DNA of 64,000 bases, taken from the IMG/VR virus record IMGVR_UViG_3300024262_006558, positions 62,001-126,000 of that record. One strand, given 5' to 3'. Both the position numbers and the translations under genes were made by a program. Numbering within the stretch: the first letter of the stretch is position 1; every line of letters begins with the position of its first letter. Of the stretch, positions 31,700 to 41,685 are shown piece by piece. Below the pieces are notes generated by a model. The model saw only the letters and a list, made by a program, of their open reading frames with translations, was not told where the DNA came from and ran no database searches.

Positions 31700-31995
31700 C
31701 TTAAAAGGGTGTGAAAGGATATTAAATACTTGAACATTAAACTACGTTCCCCAATGAGATACACGGGTAATTGTTACGAATGCATCCCCATAATACTAGG
31801 GGGTAAATGCTAAGTCTATTATCTTTGTTCTGAGGTGTTATTGAGATAATGGAGCCTAAATCAATGGGGAACTCGTCTTCACAGGAAGTTATCTCGGTTA
31901 ACATGCAATAAGCGCCCCCTATAGATTCCCTTTTTAAAGAGGGGGACTTTAGGGGGTGTTTCTTGCAGATGACCAATCTGCAAAAGAATCTATCT
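31700..31995. ncRNA. Candidate structured non-coding RNA
   Basis: Nested stems gttccccaatga(31747)/tcaatggggaac(31861), gcgccccct/agggggtgt and ttgcagat/atctgcaa. GC-richer than flanks. TAnnTTTG at 31679. Confidence 0.45.
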
Positions 31996-32017
31996 TCTAG
32001 GAATTTATTCTTGAGCC

Positions 32018-32494
32018 TCAGTTAATAAAAGACTCTACTGACTCAATAAAAAATTCTATCTCAAACTGAAGGTTAGAAAAAGTGTTATCATATGATGAAA
32101 CGGGAGATTTAACTGATTCGGGACATACGCCTCGAAGAGCGTATTCACGAATTACATTACCTTCTTCAGAAATCTTCCTAATTACTCCAGATTTTCTAAA
32201 GTTATTGTAATTAACGTCACTTCCAGCGCCAATCCAATTTTTTATTTGATTAAGTGTTCTTTCATCCGCCCTTCTTAATGTTAATTTTAAACTAGCAATT
32301 GTTCTTCCAATTAATCTATTTGTAGCAATTACATGATCCACTAAAAGCTCCTCTTGACCCACAGTTATAATCCCTTCACAAATAAAATTATTGATATTAT
32401 CAAAATCAACCTCAAATAAACCATTTTCATAAAGGCTCGTTATTGGAGAATATTCCTTAATGATGTTATAAGCAATATAGAATTGTTTTCTCAT
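32018..32494 (-). CDS. Divergent tail-tube-like protein
   Basis: LxLTL...W....R....I....EGNVIREYAL.G..P..V resembles the gp19 fold. Confidence 0.45.
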   Translation of the reverse strand: MRKQFYIAYNIIKEYSPITSLYENGLFEVDFDNINNFICEGIITVGQEELLVDHVIATNRLIGRTIASLKLTLRRADERTLNQIKNWIGAGSDVNYNNFRKSGVIRKISEEGNVIREYALRGVCPESVKSPVSSYDNTFSNLQFEIEFFIESVESFIN

Positions 32495-32531
32495 AATGGA
32501 ATTTATTGATTTAAAATGTTAATGTAAACAA

Positions 32532-33098
32532 TTATCTTGCTCTAAAAACATCCCCATCTACCTCTTTCGCTTTTATCGTAAGAGAGAATCTTCTATCTCC
32601 AGCGTAAGAGTGTTGATTAGATATTTGAGCAAATCCATCGTCATATATTTCATAGAATTGACCTTTATGAGCAATGAAATCCCCAGGGTGAAGGTCTACT
32701 GTAATATCGCCACCATCTTTTTTAACCAATCCTTTTTCTTCAAGGTGAGAAATGTGAACAGCAGCAGTAAGGTTCCCAAATGCTTTTTTGTAAGGACCAA
32801 CTCCATTTCTTTTAGATGGATCATTAACTTCTACATTAATTCTACCAAATACTTCAATTTCTTCTTTCCAGTTTTTCTTTTTAGCTTCACCATACAATTT
32901 ATGAGCCCTAGTTTTTTTCATATCCACTCTATAGAGAATAAACGCTTCTTTGAGAATGTCTATAGTTAATTCTTTACCAACTTGATCAAAAAATCTAGCT
33001 TCAGCTTCACCAAAGAAAAGATCAATACCTGTCTTTTTTGTAAGGTTTTCGTTTGCCTCATTGGGTCTTTGTCCAAATTCTCCTAATCCGTCTTTCAT
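32532..33098 (-). CDS. Neck/head-closure protein (gp14-like)
   Basis: LYRVD..KT..HKLYGE...PGDFI pattern; adjacent to the gp13-like gene. Confidence 0.6.
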   Translation of the reverse strand: MKDGLGEFGQRPNEANENLTKKTGIDLFFGEAEARFFDQVGKELTIDILKEAFILYRVDMKKTRAHKLYGEAKKKNWKEEIEVFGRINVEVNDPSKRNGVGPYKKAFGNLTAAVHISHLEEKGLVKKDGGDITVDLHPGDFIAHKGQFYEIYDDGFAQISNQHSYAGDRRFSLTIKAKEVDGDVFRAR

Positions 33099-33104
33099 AA
33101 TTTA

Positions 33105-34283
33105 TTAACCCCAGAATATACCTAAAGGAATTGATTGTAAAGATTTGTTAACTGCTTCTTGCATAGCAGCTCTGTCTTCTAATATTTTCTTTAAAGAAAG
33201 TTTATCTAAAGTCTCTTTAAGTTGATCTAGTAACCTGTCTTGATCAGCTCTACCATTAGTAATAAGGTCAGCGCTATTCATTGTAACAGTTCCATCAGGT
33301 ATAGGTAATTCTCCACTAAATTTACCTCTAATACCAATCCCTAACAACTCTTTAGATAAAGCTTCAGCATAAGCCTTTACCCAGTTTTTACCAACATCAT
33401 TTAAATCATCAAATGCAATATTATATAAAGGCGCATCAGCTGGTCCAGAAACAAGTCCATTACCCGTTTTTCCAGTATCTCCTAATCCTTGAGGATTAGC
33501 AGTATTACCACTAAAAAGTGCATTACCATCAGTACCTACTCTATCAAAGTATCTATAAAATAAAGTACCAGGAGTACCAGCGCCCATTGTATAAACATTT
33601 GATTCTCCAGAGCCTTGAGTTCTTGTAGGAATAGGATATAATCTTAAAACTCTAGTTCCGCCAGATCCAGCATGTATTGTGTAAGAAAATTCTGAACCTC
33701 GAACTTTATTTCTCAACTCCATCGCCTGAGCTGTAAGAATTGTATCAAAAACTGGAACAACAGAATATAATGAGTTTCCAGCGAAACTTGCTCCAAACTC
33801 ATAAAAATCTATACCATTATTACTAAAAGGGCTTAAACCATAAAGATTAATAAAACTAGGCGTGTACCACATAATTTCTTCAACCTCCCTGTTAGCTGGT
33901 ATAGAATAATTCTGAGTACCTGCAGTTAATGATAAACCATCAGTTTTTAACTCTCGCGTAGTATTAACACCTCCACCAATCATTTCTGAAGGATGTTTAG
34001 CCATAGATTTCTCCATGTACAAGCTATTTGCTACATACTTAAGAGTAACGTCTTCATTATTTGGAAGCCCTAGCATTTCTGCCATCCTATTCTCTAAAGC
34101 CCAATTGTTAATGTTACTAGAATACATTTCGATAGCTTGGCATATACACTCTTCTATTTGCTCATCTACTAACTCTACAGTAAGTACAGGAGCGCCAATT
34201 TTTCTACGAATCCTCCTGAAAAGCGCCTGTTGAGCGCTTTCAGTCATTCCAGTTAAACATTTTTCTACTACACAGATGCTCAT
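33105..34283 (-). CDS. Neck protein (T4 gp13-like)
   Basis: RRKIGAPVLTVELVDEQIEECI; WVKAYA.ALSKELLG.IRGKF..LP.PDG.VTMN; C-terminal PLGIFWG. Confidence 0.85.
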   Translation of the reverse strand: MSICVVEKCLTGMTESAQQALFRRIRRKIGAPVLTVELVDEQIEECICQAIEMYSSNINNWALENRMAEMLGLPNNEDVTLKYVANSLYMEKSMAKHPSEMIGGGVNTTRELKTDGLSLTAGTQNYSIPANREVEEIMWYTPSFINLYGLSPFSNNGIDFYEFGASFAGNSLYSVVPVFDTILTAQAMELRNKVRGSEFSYTIHAGSGGTRVLRLYPIPTRTQGSGESNVYTMGAGTPGTLFYRYFDRVGTDGNALFSGNTANPQGLGDTGKTGNGLVSGPADAPLYNIAFDDLNDVGKNWVKAYAEALSKELLGIGIRGKFSGELPIPDGTVTMNSADLITNGRADQDRLLDQLKETLDKLSLKKILEDRAAMQEAVNKSLQSIPLGIFWG

Positions 34284-34292
34284 AATTATTTA

Positions 34293-34589
34293 TTAGTTAG
34301 GGAATACAACAGTGTTTGGATTAAAGCCTGGCTTGTCACCTTTTGTTCTAAAACCTACAAATGTACCTGAGGAAACCGAATAGCTTCCAACCATTATTTT
34401 TACACTTTGACCAGTAGTCATTGGGAATATTGCCGTTCCACCGCCTATAGCCGAAAGCTCAATTGACCCTGATGCAGTACAATAAACTTCGTGAACGGTT
34501 GTAGCTAATACTCCATCATAACCTGCTGCAGCTAAATCTTGAGTTCCAGAAAGGTTTAGAAATGAATAATTTGTATTATGAAATGCCAT
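34293..34589 (-). CDS. Hypothetical small structural protein
   Basis: 98 aa, preceded by the late-type motif. Confidence 0.6.
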   Translation of the reverse strand: MAFHNTNYSFLNLSGTQDLAAAGYDGVLATTVHEVYCTASGSIELSAIGGGTAIFPMTTGQSVKIMVGSYSVSSGTFVGFRTKGDKPGFNPNTVVFPN

Positions 34590-34703
34590 GATTAAATACT
34601 TTTTATTTATAAATAGCTTTGAAAATTCTTCCTTAAGCTGTTTGGATATGATTATTCAAATCTATACATTTACTAAAATACATACATATTAACAAAATAA
34701 ATT

Positions 34704-34958
34704 ATGTCCGAAAAGAAAATAACGTTAACTAAATGTATTGAATGCCCACATCATTCAGTAATAGGAGATCCTGATCCTAACGATTCTTTTTGCTACGATG
34801 ACGAAGCCATAGTTTGTACTAAAACAGAAAAAGATGAGTCAGAAATTAATTTTAATTCTTCATATGCTGTAGATTGGCAGAAGTTTAGAGCTGCAGATTC
34901 TGGCTGTAGACCATATCAAATTAAAAACGTTAAAATACCTGACTGGTGCCCTTTATAA
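34704..34958 (+). CDS. Cys-rich hypothetical protein
   Basis: CxxCPHH...C...C...IPDWCPL. Confidence 0.65.
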   Translation: MSEKKITLTKCIECPHHSVIGDPDPNDSFCYDDEAIVCTKTEKDESEINFNSSYAVDWQKFRAADSGCRPYQIKNVKIPDWCPL

Positions 34959-34959
34959 T

Positions 34960-35667
34960 ATGAAATTTAAACTTCCAGAAGAGCACTTCTTCCTTACAGA
35001 GGAAGAAAGTGATCTGATATCTCAAAAAGTCATCAATCTTAAATCTAAATGGATTAGTAGAGAAGGGTTTTATACATTAGGAGCAGCCTCTTATTTAGAT
35101 AGTAGAGATATTGATGTCTATAAAAAATTATCAGACAATTCAAACGTGATTTTACGTAAAGAATTTGAATCTGTTTATGATAAGATAAAATCATTCTTCG
35201 AATTAAAATTAGGGAAGCCAGTCAAATTCGACCTCGCGTGGCCTGGATTTCACATATTCGAATTTAATAAACAATTTTCTGAGATGAAAAATACTCAATA
35301 CATAGCAAGTATACATGTAGATAAACCTTACTCAAATCATGATTGGGGTTTTGAGGTCAATGAAGAAGAGACGTTCTCATTTACTATACCAGTTAGAATC
35401 CCTAAAAATGGAGCAGGATTAAACTGTTTTAATACCGAAACTGGTCGTAATTATATAGAATTCTACAACTCACCTAATGAGTTACAAGAGCAATTGTTAG
35501 CTTCTAAAAATAGAATTGATTATATTAATGGCAATTTATATTACCATGAGTTCGGTTTACTACATCAGATTTCTAATGATTCACCATTGACACATGGAGA
35601 TATGCGTATAACCATTCAAGGGCACGGGGTTCTTTGTCATAATGAATATTACAATATATTCTTTTAA
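34960..35667 (+). CDS. Putative 2OG-Fe(II) oxygenase-fold protein
   Basis: PGFHIF, HVD (HxD), FSFT, LHQI, RITIQGH. Confidence 0.6.
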   Translation: MKFKLPEEHFFLTEEESDLISQKVINLKSKWISREGFYTLGAASYLDSRDIDVYKKLSDNSNVILRKEFESVYDKIKSFFELKLGKPVKFDLAWPGFHIFEFNKQFSEMKNTQYIASIHVDKPYSNHDWGFEVNEEETFSFTIPVRIPKNGAGLNCFNTETGRNYIEFYNSPNELQEQLLASKNRIDYINGNLYYHEFGLLHQISNDSPLTHGDMRITIQGHGVLCHNEYYNIFF

Positions 35668-35669
35668 AG

Positions 35670-35694
35670 GCAACAAAAAACAAGAATTTACGTT
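35670..35694 (+). promoter_or_regulatory. GCAAC-N16-CGTT putative ECF-sigma-type promoter (representative copy)
   Basis: Also present on the minus strand at 27922-27946 and 24363-24388. Confidence 0.5.
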
Positions 35695-35714
35695 AATAAA
35701 ACAAATACAGACTT

Positions 35715-36275
35715 ATGAACGCATTAGAAAGGCTAAAAAAACATTTTTTCATAAAACTATATACTTTTTCAGAGTATAGAGATTATATAGATGATGAGCA
35801 TGATGAAACAATGGATTTCATTGAAGAGTCTTACGGTATAAATGGTTTAGTATTGATTGCTTGGAGAGGTGAGTATATGGTTGATTCTCATATAACAGAA
35901 ATATATCCCTCACTAGAAGATTTGGGTATACTTGAAGAATGTGAAGGTTTCATGGTGTCTTCTGGAATACCTGAAAAAGACATGCTTGAAAGTAAGTTAA
36001 ATGCTATGGGGTTTAAAACGAATATGGAAGACATGGAACCACTATCAGATCAGCTATTCTATAAATTAATAGACGAGATAGATGAAATGGACGAGAGTGA
36101 AAGAGGGGGCATGGCTCAAGGCTATACTACTATTTCAGATCTAATGGCAGGTAAAACTAAAGAAGAAATTGACATAGAGAGATATACTCGGTTTTTAAAT
36201 AAAGCTGTAGAGGAAGAGGATTATATATTAGCTGCAGAGTTTAGAGATAAACTAAAAGAGGTCACGGGTGAATGA
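35715..36275 (+). CDS. Acidic protein with C-terminal UVR (UvrB/UvrC) motif
   Basis: LNKAVEEEDYILAAEFRDKLK. Confidence 0.65.
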   Translation: MNALERLKKHFFIKLYTFSEYRDYIDDEHDETMDFIEESYGINGLVLIAWRGEYMVDSHITEIYPSLEDLGILEECEGFMVSSGIPEKDMLESKLNAMGFKTNMEDMEPLSDQLFYKLIDEIDEMDESERGGMAQGYTTISDLMAGKTKEEIDIERYTRFLNKAVEEEDYILAAEFRDKLKEVTGE

Positions 36276-36886
36276 TTGACTGGATTTACTGTTTAGACCT
36301 TTTTGGTACTGGCATTTTCGCTATATCTGGAGTATTGATGGCGATTAGAAAAAAGTTTGACCTGGTCGGAACTTTAGTTATTGGTTTCGCAACCGCAGTC
36401 GGTGGCGGAACCATAAGAGATTTATTAATAGGAGTAAGTCCAGTTGGCTGGCTAAATGATAGAAATTATTTTATTGCAATAATATTTGGATACATCATAA
36501 CTTATGCATTTAAAAACAATATTATACAATTTAAACGTAGCATGTTCATATTTGATACTATAGGTATTGGAGTATTTACTATACTTGGGATAGAAACTAC
36601 TATGTCACATAATCTTAATATAGAAATTTGTTTAATAATGGGGGTTATTTCCGCTTGTTTTGGAGGTGTTATAAGAGACGTTCTCACAAATGAGGTGCCA
36701 TTGATATTTAGAAGAGAGATTTACGCATCAGCATGCTTGGTAGGAGGAATAACATACCTTTTATCATCAAAACTAAGCTCGTATAGCGATCTAAATGTAA
36801 TAACTTCTATTTTAGTTGTAATATGCATAAGATATCTTTCAGTAAAATATAAGTGGACACTAAACACGACATTCAAAAAGAAATAA
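36272..36886 (+). CDS. TRIC/UPF0126 (YadS-like) membrane protein
   Basis: FAISG, TAVGGGTIRDLL, FDTIG.GVF, ACFGGVIRDVL..EVPL; about 7 TM segments. Confidence 0.9.
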   Translation: MIDWIYCLDLFGTGIFAISGVLMAIRKKFDLVGTLVIGFATAVGGGTIRDLLIGVSPVGWLNDRNYFIAIIFGYIITYAFKNNIIQFKRSMFIFDTIGIGVFTILGIETTMSHNLNIEICLIMGVISACFGGVIRDVLTNEVPLIFRREIYASACLVGGITYLLSSKLSSYSDLNVITSILVVICIRYLSVKYKWTLNTTFKKK

Positions 36887-36896
36887 ATTTACCTAC

Positions 36897-37586
36897 ATGA
36901 AAACAAATGTAACATTAAAAAGCTCTGATAGAGATCTTTTTGGAATAAAGATAAGGCAACAAACAAAAACTGAAATGCTTTCAGTTACAGATCTTCAAAA
37001 ATCATACGAAAAAGCTAGATGGTCTTATGGTTGGTCTGAAAGAACTTATCATACCGTAATGCAATCTAAAGATTTTCAAGAAAGATTGTTTTTTATATTA
37101 AAAGAGCAGGATTTCATAAACTTAGGAATTCCTCAGTTTATGGAAATGATAAAAAAAGAGTCGATTGCAAAGGTTTTGAAAGGTTTAGGGGTGTGGAAAA
37201 CAACTGGTAGAGGAGAAAATAGGATGACAGTTTGCAATCCTTATATTTGGGTTCTTTTAGCGTTGGAGCTAAACCCTATGATTTATGCTAAGGTTATAAT
37301 ATGGCTTACTGACTCCTTAGTGTTTGATAGAATTGAGGCTGGCACAGAATTCTTACCTATGAACTCAGCTATTAAATCTATTATCGAAAAACCTAATTAC
37401 CCAGAATACTCCAGGACAATTAATAGAAAAGTTTTTGGAACTCATCAGAGAGGTATTAGGGATTTATCATCATCTAAACAATTGAGGAAAATATCAGATA
37501 TAGAGAAATTTGTCACAAATTGCATTAATATGAAAATTGTAACAAATGAAGCTCAGTTGTTTACTGTAATTAATGGGTATAAATAA
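36897..37586 (+). CDS. KilA-N-like DNA-binding protein
   Basis: IRQ.TK..MLSVTDL...TTGRG....T.CNPYIWV..A.ELNP. Confidence 0.65.
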   Translation: MKTNVTLKSSDRDLFGIKIRQQTKTEMLSVTDLQKSYEKARWSYGWSERTYHTVMQSKDFQERLFFILKEQDFINLGIPQFMEMIKKESIAKVLKGLGVWKTTGRGENRMTVCNPYIWVLLALELNPMIYAKVIIWLTDSLVFDRIEAGTEFLPMNSAIKSIIEKPNYPEYSRTINRKVFGTHQRGIRDLSSSKQLRKISDIEKFVTNCINMKIVTNEAQLFTVINGYK

Positions 37587-37615
37587 AAAAGCCCCGACCA
37601 AAAGGTCAGGGCTTT
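37585..37615 (-). terminator. Terminator after major capsid gene
   Basis: aaaaaagccccgacc-aaaa-ggtcagggcttt. Confidence 0.75.
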
Positions 37616-37638
37616 AATGTAGTTATATTATCTACTGA

Positions 37639-39297
37639 TTATGCTGCACCGTAAGTGTTAACATTATCGATAATTACAACTCCGTAGAAACGGTTATTAA
37701 CCATTTTCTTAGCGTATCTAGTCATGATACCTTTTCTTGGAGTGAAATCATTTGGATCGTAGATAGTTTGAGTCAATTGTAAAGGAATGTATGGAGCGTA
37801 GATATATCCAGCTTCAAGGAACGTAGACCCTTTGTGACCAACTAATACAATTTGAGAAGGTAAATAAGGATCTTTAAATACAGAGTATCTGTTTCCTAAG
37901 TTACCAATTTTTTCAACACCTAAGTTGTACTTCTCCATATCAGGAGCTGCAGATCCAGCAACGTGGAAGTAATCCAAGTCATCAAATATTGCACCCGCCT
38001 CAGCAGAACATACAATCCAGTTAGCACCACCTCTTAAAGTAGCCTTGTGAATTTGAGCTGAAAGTTCATTTACTCTAGTAATAAGAGTTTGGTTCCAGTC
38101 TTTTTGCGTTCCGAAGAAGTTAGCATTGTTAGAAAGACCATTGTAATCCCATCTTGCTCTGAATGGAGCTTGGTTGATTAAGTCAATGATGATTTCTCTA
38201 TCAACCTCTGCAGCAATGTGCTCAGAAAGAAGAGCTGTTAACTCAGCTTCTGCATCGATAGAGTGGTATGCTTCAAGATCTTGCGCTAATTCTGGAGTCC
38301 AGTGAGCTCTAAGTTTTCTTGTGATAGTTGTTACAGTTACAGAAGAGAATCTGATTGTAAGTTCAGCCATTTCAGACTTACCTTCAAGGTCGTTAAACAC
38401 TTCGTAAGCAGGAGTTATAGCAATATTGAATGCCGCACCAGAATTACCAGCTCCGTCATTTATATTTGCAGAACTAAAGCTTGAAGAATCAACTCCAGCA
38501 GGTCTCAAGTCAAGAATAACATCAGCGAACTGAGAGCTAAACATATCTTGAGTATAATCTTGGATTTGGTGGTAATAAGGTACACCTTGACCAGCTGCTA
38601 CAACTAATAAGTTCTGAGAACCTGAAGAGTAGTAGATGTCAGTTCCAGCAGAGAATCTTAAAGTAGCAGAAGACTGTTGCTTAGAGATATCAAAACCTTG
38701 ACCTAAATCGAAAGTAGTAGATAAAATACCATTTGTCCATCCAGAAGCGTTAAGCGCTGCTGCAGTACCAACTACAGTTTCTCCTGTCCCGAAAGAAAGA
38801 TCAAAACCCTTGTTGTTATAAAATCTTTCATATGCAGATGTGCTTGCAAATGTAGGACCAGGCTTTTCAGTAGCAGTGTTTGCAGGTGCAACTCTCTGTA
38901 CTCTAGCCAATTCTTGTTGTCTAGTTAATTGATTTTTTTGAGTGTTATCAGCACCATTCCAAGATACTCTCGCATCAAGATAAAATAACAATCCAGAAGG
39001 AAGTGCTAAAGGTTGTACAGAAACTAACTCGTTAGCTAATAATCTTGAGAATACTCTTCTCACGATTGGAAAAGCTACAGTATCAAAACGACCTGCAGAT
39101 GTATCAAGAGTAACCTCTTGTAACATGTGAGATGCTTGATTTTCTAGAAGTTGAGCGATGTTCGCTTTCTCCATTCCTTGAAGTCCTTTTAAAAGACCAG
39201 AGTTATCCCAAGAAGCCACGATAGACTTTCTTTGCTCTGCAAGGCTTTTAATGTTGGTTAAACCAACTTTGCCGCTTGTTAATAATTCGCTTGCCAT
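37639..39297 (-). CDS. Major capsid protein (T4 gp23-like)
   Basis: VQPL..PSGL.F, TRKLRA.WT.ELAQDL.A.H.IDAEAEL..LLSE.I..E.DREII, YAPYIPL, FTP..GIMTRY. Confidence 0.97.
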   Translation of the reverse strand: MASELLTSGKVGLTNIKSLAEQRKSIVASWDNSGLLKGLQGMEKANIAQLLENQASHMLQEVTLDTSAGRFDTVAFPIVRRVFSRLLANELVSVQPLALPSGLLFYLDARVSWNGADNTQKNQLTRQQELARVQRVAPANTATEKPGPTFASTSAYERFYNNKGFDLSFGTGETVVGTAAALNASGWTNGILSTTFDLGQGFDISKQQSSATLRFSAGTDIYYSSGSQNLLVVAAGQGVPYYHQIQDYTQDMFSSQFADVILDLRPAGVDSSSFSSANINDGAGNSGAAFNIAITPAYEVFNDLEGKSEMAELTIRFSSVTVTTITRKLRAHWTPELAQDLEAYHSIDAEAELTALLSEHIAAEVDREIIIDLINQAPFRARWDYNGLSNNANFFGTQKDWNQTLITRVNELSAQIHKATLRGGANWIVCSAEAGAIFDDLDYFHVAGSAAPDMEKYNLGVEKIGNLGNRYSVFKDPYLPSQIVLVGHKGSTFLEAGYIYAPYIPLQLTQTIYDPNDFTPRKGIMTRYAKKMVNNRFYGVVIIDNVNTYGAA

Positions 39298-39361
39298 TTT
39301 TTAATAGTTTAATTTTAAATGCTTAATCTTAAATAGTCTGGAAAAACTGTTTTTCCAGTTT

Positions 39362-40828
39362 TTAACCATTTAGTGGTTTAATTCCCGCTAAATTTTGCCA
39401 TCTTCTTGACTCATCACTTTCGTAAAGAGTTTCAGTTTCTGACTTTTCAGTTGGTTGTCCAGCTTTGATACTTGAACTTCTCACTTTATCAAGTCCAGAT
39501 TTCTTAATAGAAATACTGTGCTCTTTGATGATCTTGTCATATACCTTCTTAGCTGCTTCTGCATTAGATGCTTCAGCAAATGCTTCGTTGATAGCGACTT
39601 TCTCACTGTTAGTTAAGCCTCCGTTCGTAAGAATCTTGTTAGCTAAAGCCAACTTTGCATTAAGAGTGTTCATTTCGTGAAACTGTGTTCTAAGTTCGAT
39701 GAATGAATTTTTATATTCCTCGATCTCAGTTTTTAAACTATCGTTTTCCTCGTTCAGCTCCTCTATGTTAGAGTCTTGTTGAGCCGTCAGTTCCGAGAAC
39801 TCTTTATGTTCTTTGTTTATTCTTTTACTTTGTGATTTTGGGTTGTTCTCCCCGCCAAATTTAGAGCTTTGACCTTTAGTAGATACAGAATGAGAAACTC
39901 CATGCATTTCTTCCATACCCTCTTCTCCTTCAACAGATTCGAAATCATCTTCATCAACAATTTCAATCGTTTCTTCTAATTGCTCATCTTCAGCAATGAA
40001 ATCACTTTCTTCAAAAGTGTTCATGCTAAACTCTTCTTCCATAGCTGGAGCTTCTTCCTCCGCTTCTGGTTCCATTGCAGTTTCGTCTCCAGCAGGCTCT
40101 TCACCTAAAGGGTCTTCCATCACTTCTTCCTCTCCACCCAATTCTTCTCCAGGCTCAGCTACTTCTTCGTCATCAACGATTTCAACTTCTCCTTCAGCAT
40201 CGCCTTCATCAGATGTTCCACCTTCTAGTTTAGATTCAATATCATCTAGTCTACTAAGAATAATATCAAACGGATTAGCCATTTCTGGTTCCCCCTCATC
40301 TTCTAATTCTTGGTCCTCTACAATTTCTTTAATCTCAAAAAGAGTTTCTTCAATCTCTTCAGGCTCTTCCTCATCTTCATCATCTTCATCAGATGTTTCA
40401 TCGTCAATTTCTTCAGCTTCAGCTTCTTCAGAATCGAATGTTTCAATTTCATCTTCGGCGTCACCACCTTCAATTTCTTCCTCATCTCCGATAGCTTCAA
40501 AACCTGATTCAATTTCTCCACCCATAATAGGCTCAATTTCAGACCCCATTTCAGCTCCCATATCGAAACCAGATTCAACTTCTGCTTCACTATCCCCAAC
40601 AGTAACTTTAGTGCCACCCTTTTCAATAGTTACTGTAGTATCAGTAACTTCAACATCAACACCATCCTTTTCGATAGAGATGTTTTCTTTCAATTGTTTG
40701 TCGAGAATTTTCTCTAGCTTGGAATCTACTTTTTTTGCCATATCTTCTTTAGCTTCTTTCATAGCGAATTCAGTTATTTGGTTGTATTCTGCAATAGCTT
40801 CCTTGATGATGTGTTTTTTGTCTGCCAT
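39362..40828 (-). CDS. Prohead core/scaffold protein
   Basis: Highly acidic with a C-terminal coiled coil; lies between protease and capsid genes. Confidence 0.75.
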   Translation of the reverse strand: MADKKHIIKEAIAEYNQITEFAMKEAKEDMAKKVDSKLEKILDKQLKENISIEKDGVDVEVTDTTVTIEKGGTKVTVGDSEAEVESGFDMGAEMGSEIEPIMGGEIESGFEAIGDEEEIEGGDAEDEIETFDSEEAEAEEIDDETSDEDDEDEEEPEEIEETLFEIKEIVEDQELEDEGEPEMANPFDIILSRLDDIESKLEGGTSDEGDAEGEVEIVDDEEVAEPGEELGGEEEVMEDPLGEEPAGDETAMEPEAEEEAPAMEEEFSMNTFEESDFIAEDEQLEETIEIVDEDDFESVEGEEGMEEMHGVSHSVSTKGQSSKFGGENNPKSQSKRINKEHKEFSELTAQQDSNIEELNEENDSLKTEIEEYKNSFIELRTQFHEMNTLNAKLALANKILTNGGLTNSEKVAINEAFAEASNAEAAKKVYDKIIKEHSISIKKSGLDKVRSSSIKAGQPTEKSETETLYESDESRRWQNLAGIKPLNG

Positions 40829-40890
40829 TTTTTGTCTTATTTTACAATAAATATTTTGAAAAAATCAAAAAACGAGTATTACCTCATTTT

Positions 40891-41562
40891 TTATATATTT
40901 TTCCAGAAATCGTCGTTTAACATATTATTTAACTTCTGGTGATATTCGTAGATACTTCCACTATCGTCCTTGGCTAATTTAAAAATCTTTTCGGCCTCTG
41001 GAGTAAGAGGGACCATTCCTCGCTTAGCATCCACCCCTTCCTTGAACATGTATGCTCCAGGTGTTGAAGGTGATGAAACAAAGTCAAATGCAATTAATTC
41101 AAAATCTTCTTGAACAACATCATTTCCACCTTTTGAAGTTACAGAACCCACCCCTCTTGATGAGATACCTAAAGTTCCTCCCATCTTTAAAAGTGATTTT
41201 AATTTTTTACCTGCATCATCTTCTGGATCAACTACTACTTTGCCATAAAGAGTCTTCTCTTGCCACCACATATCTGTTACCAAATGTGATACGTTAGCTA
41301 AACTAACTACAGCTGAATCTGGATGATCTAACTCTCCGTAAGCAACGCCTTTTTCTACACATTCCTGCATATAAGTTTCAGCTTGACGCTTAAGTATGTC
41401 GTATGGATAAATTCTACCGTTCCTATTTAGTGTGTCGGCTTTTTGTAAAATTCCAACTAAAGTAATAAGCCCGCCCTGCTCAATCGCTTCTTTAATAAGT
41501 TGCGGATCAGCTTTGAACTCGAAATATTCCGAGATGATGTATTTTTCCGATTTTGTGCTCAT
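40891..41562 (-). CDS. Prohead protease (T4 gp21-like)
   Basis: N.NGRIYP, GELDHP, VSH, GISSRGVGS, DFVSSPS. Start MSTKSEK follows the TATTTATA motif. Confidence 0.93.
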   Translation of the reverse strand: MSTKSEKYIISEYFEFKADPQLIKEAIEQGGLITLVGILQKADTLNRNGRIYPYDILKRQAETYMQECVEKGVAYGELDHPDSAVVSLANVSHLVTDMWWQEKTLYGKVVVDPEDDAGKKLKSLLKMGGTLGISSRGVGSVTSKGGNDVVQEDFELIAFDFVSSPSTPGAYMFKEGVDAKRGMVPLTPEAEKIFKLAKDDSGSIYEYHQKLNNMLNDDFWKNI

Positions 41563-41685
41563 GTCTATAAATATTGGTTTTTTTTCTAATTCACGTATTT
41601 TAGAATTAAAACAAAAAAATAAATCCATTTGCATGGATTTATATAGACAATTGCTAGGAACTGTTAAAAAATATGTGCTACAAAG

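Noticed and set aside
39996-40850. 284-aa Ser-rich plus-strand ORF
   Set aside because: Antisense mirror of the Glu/Asp-rich scaffold gene.
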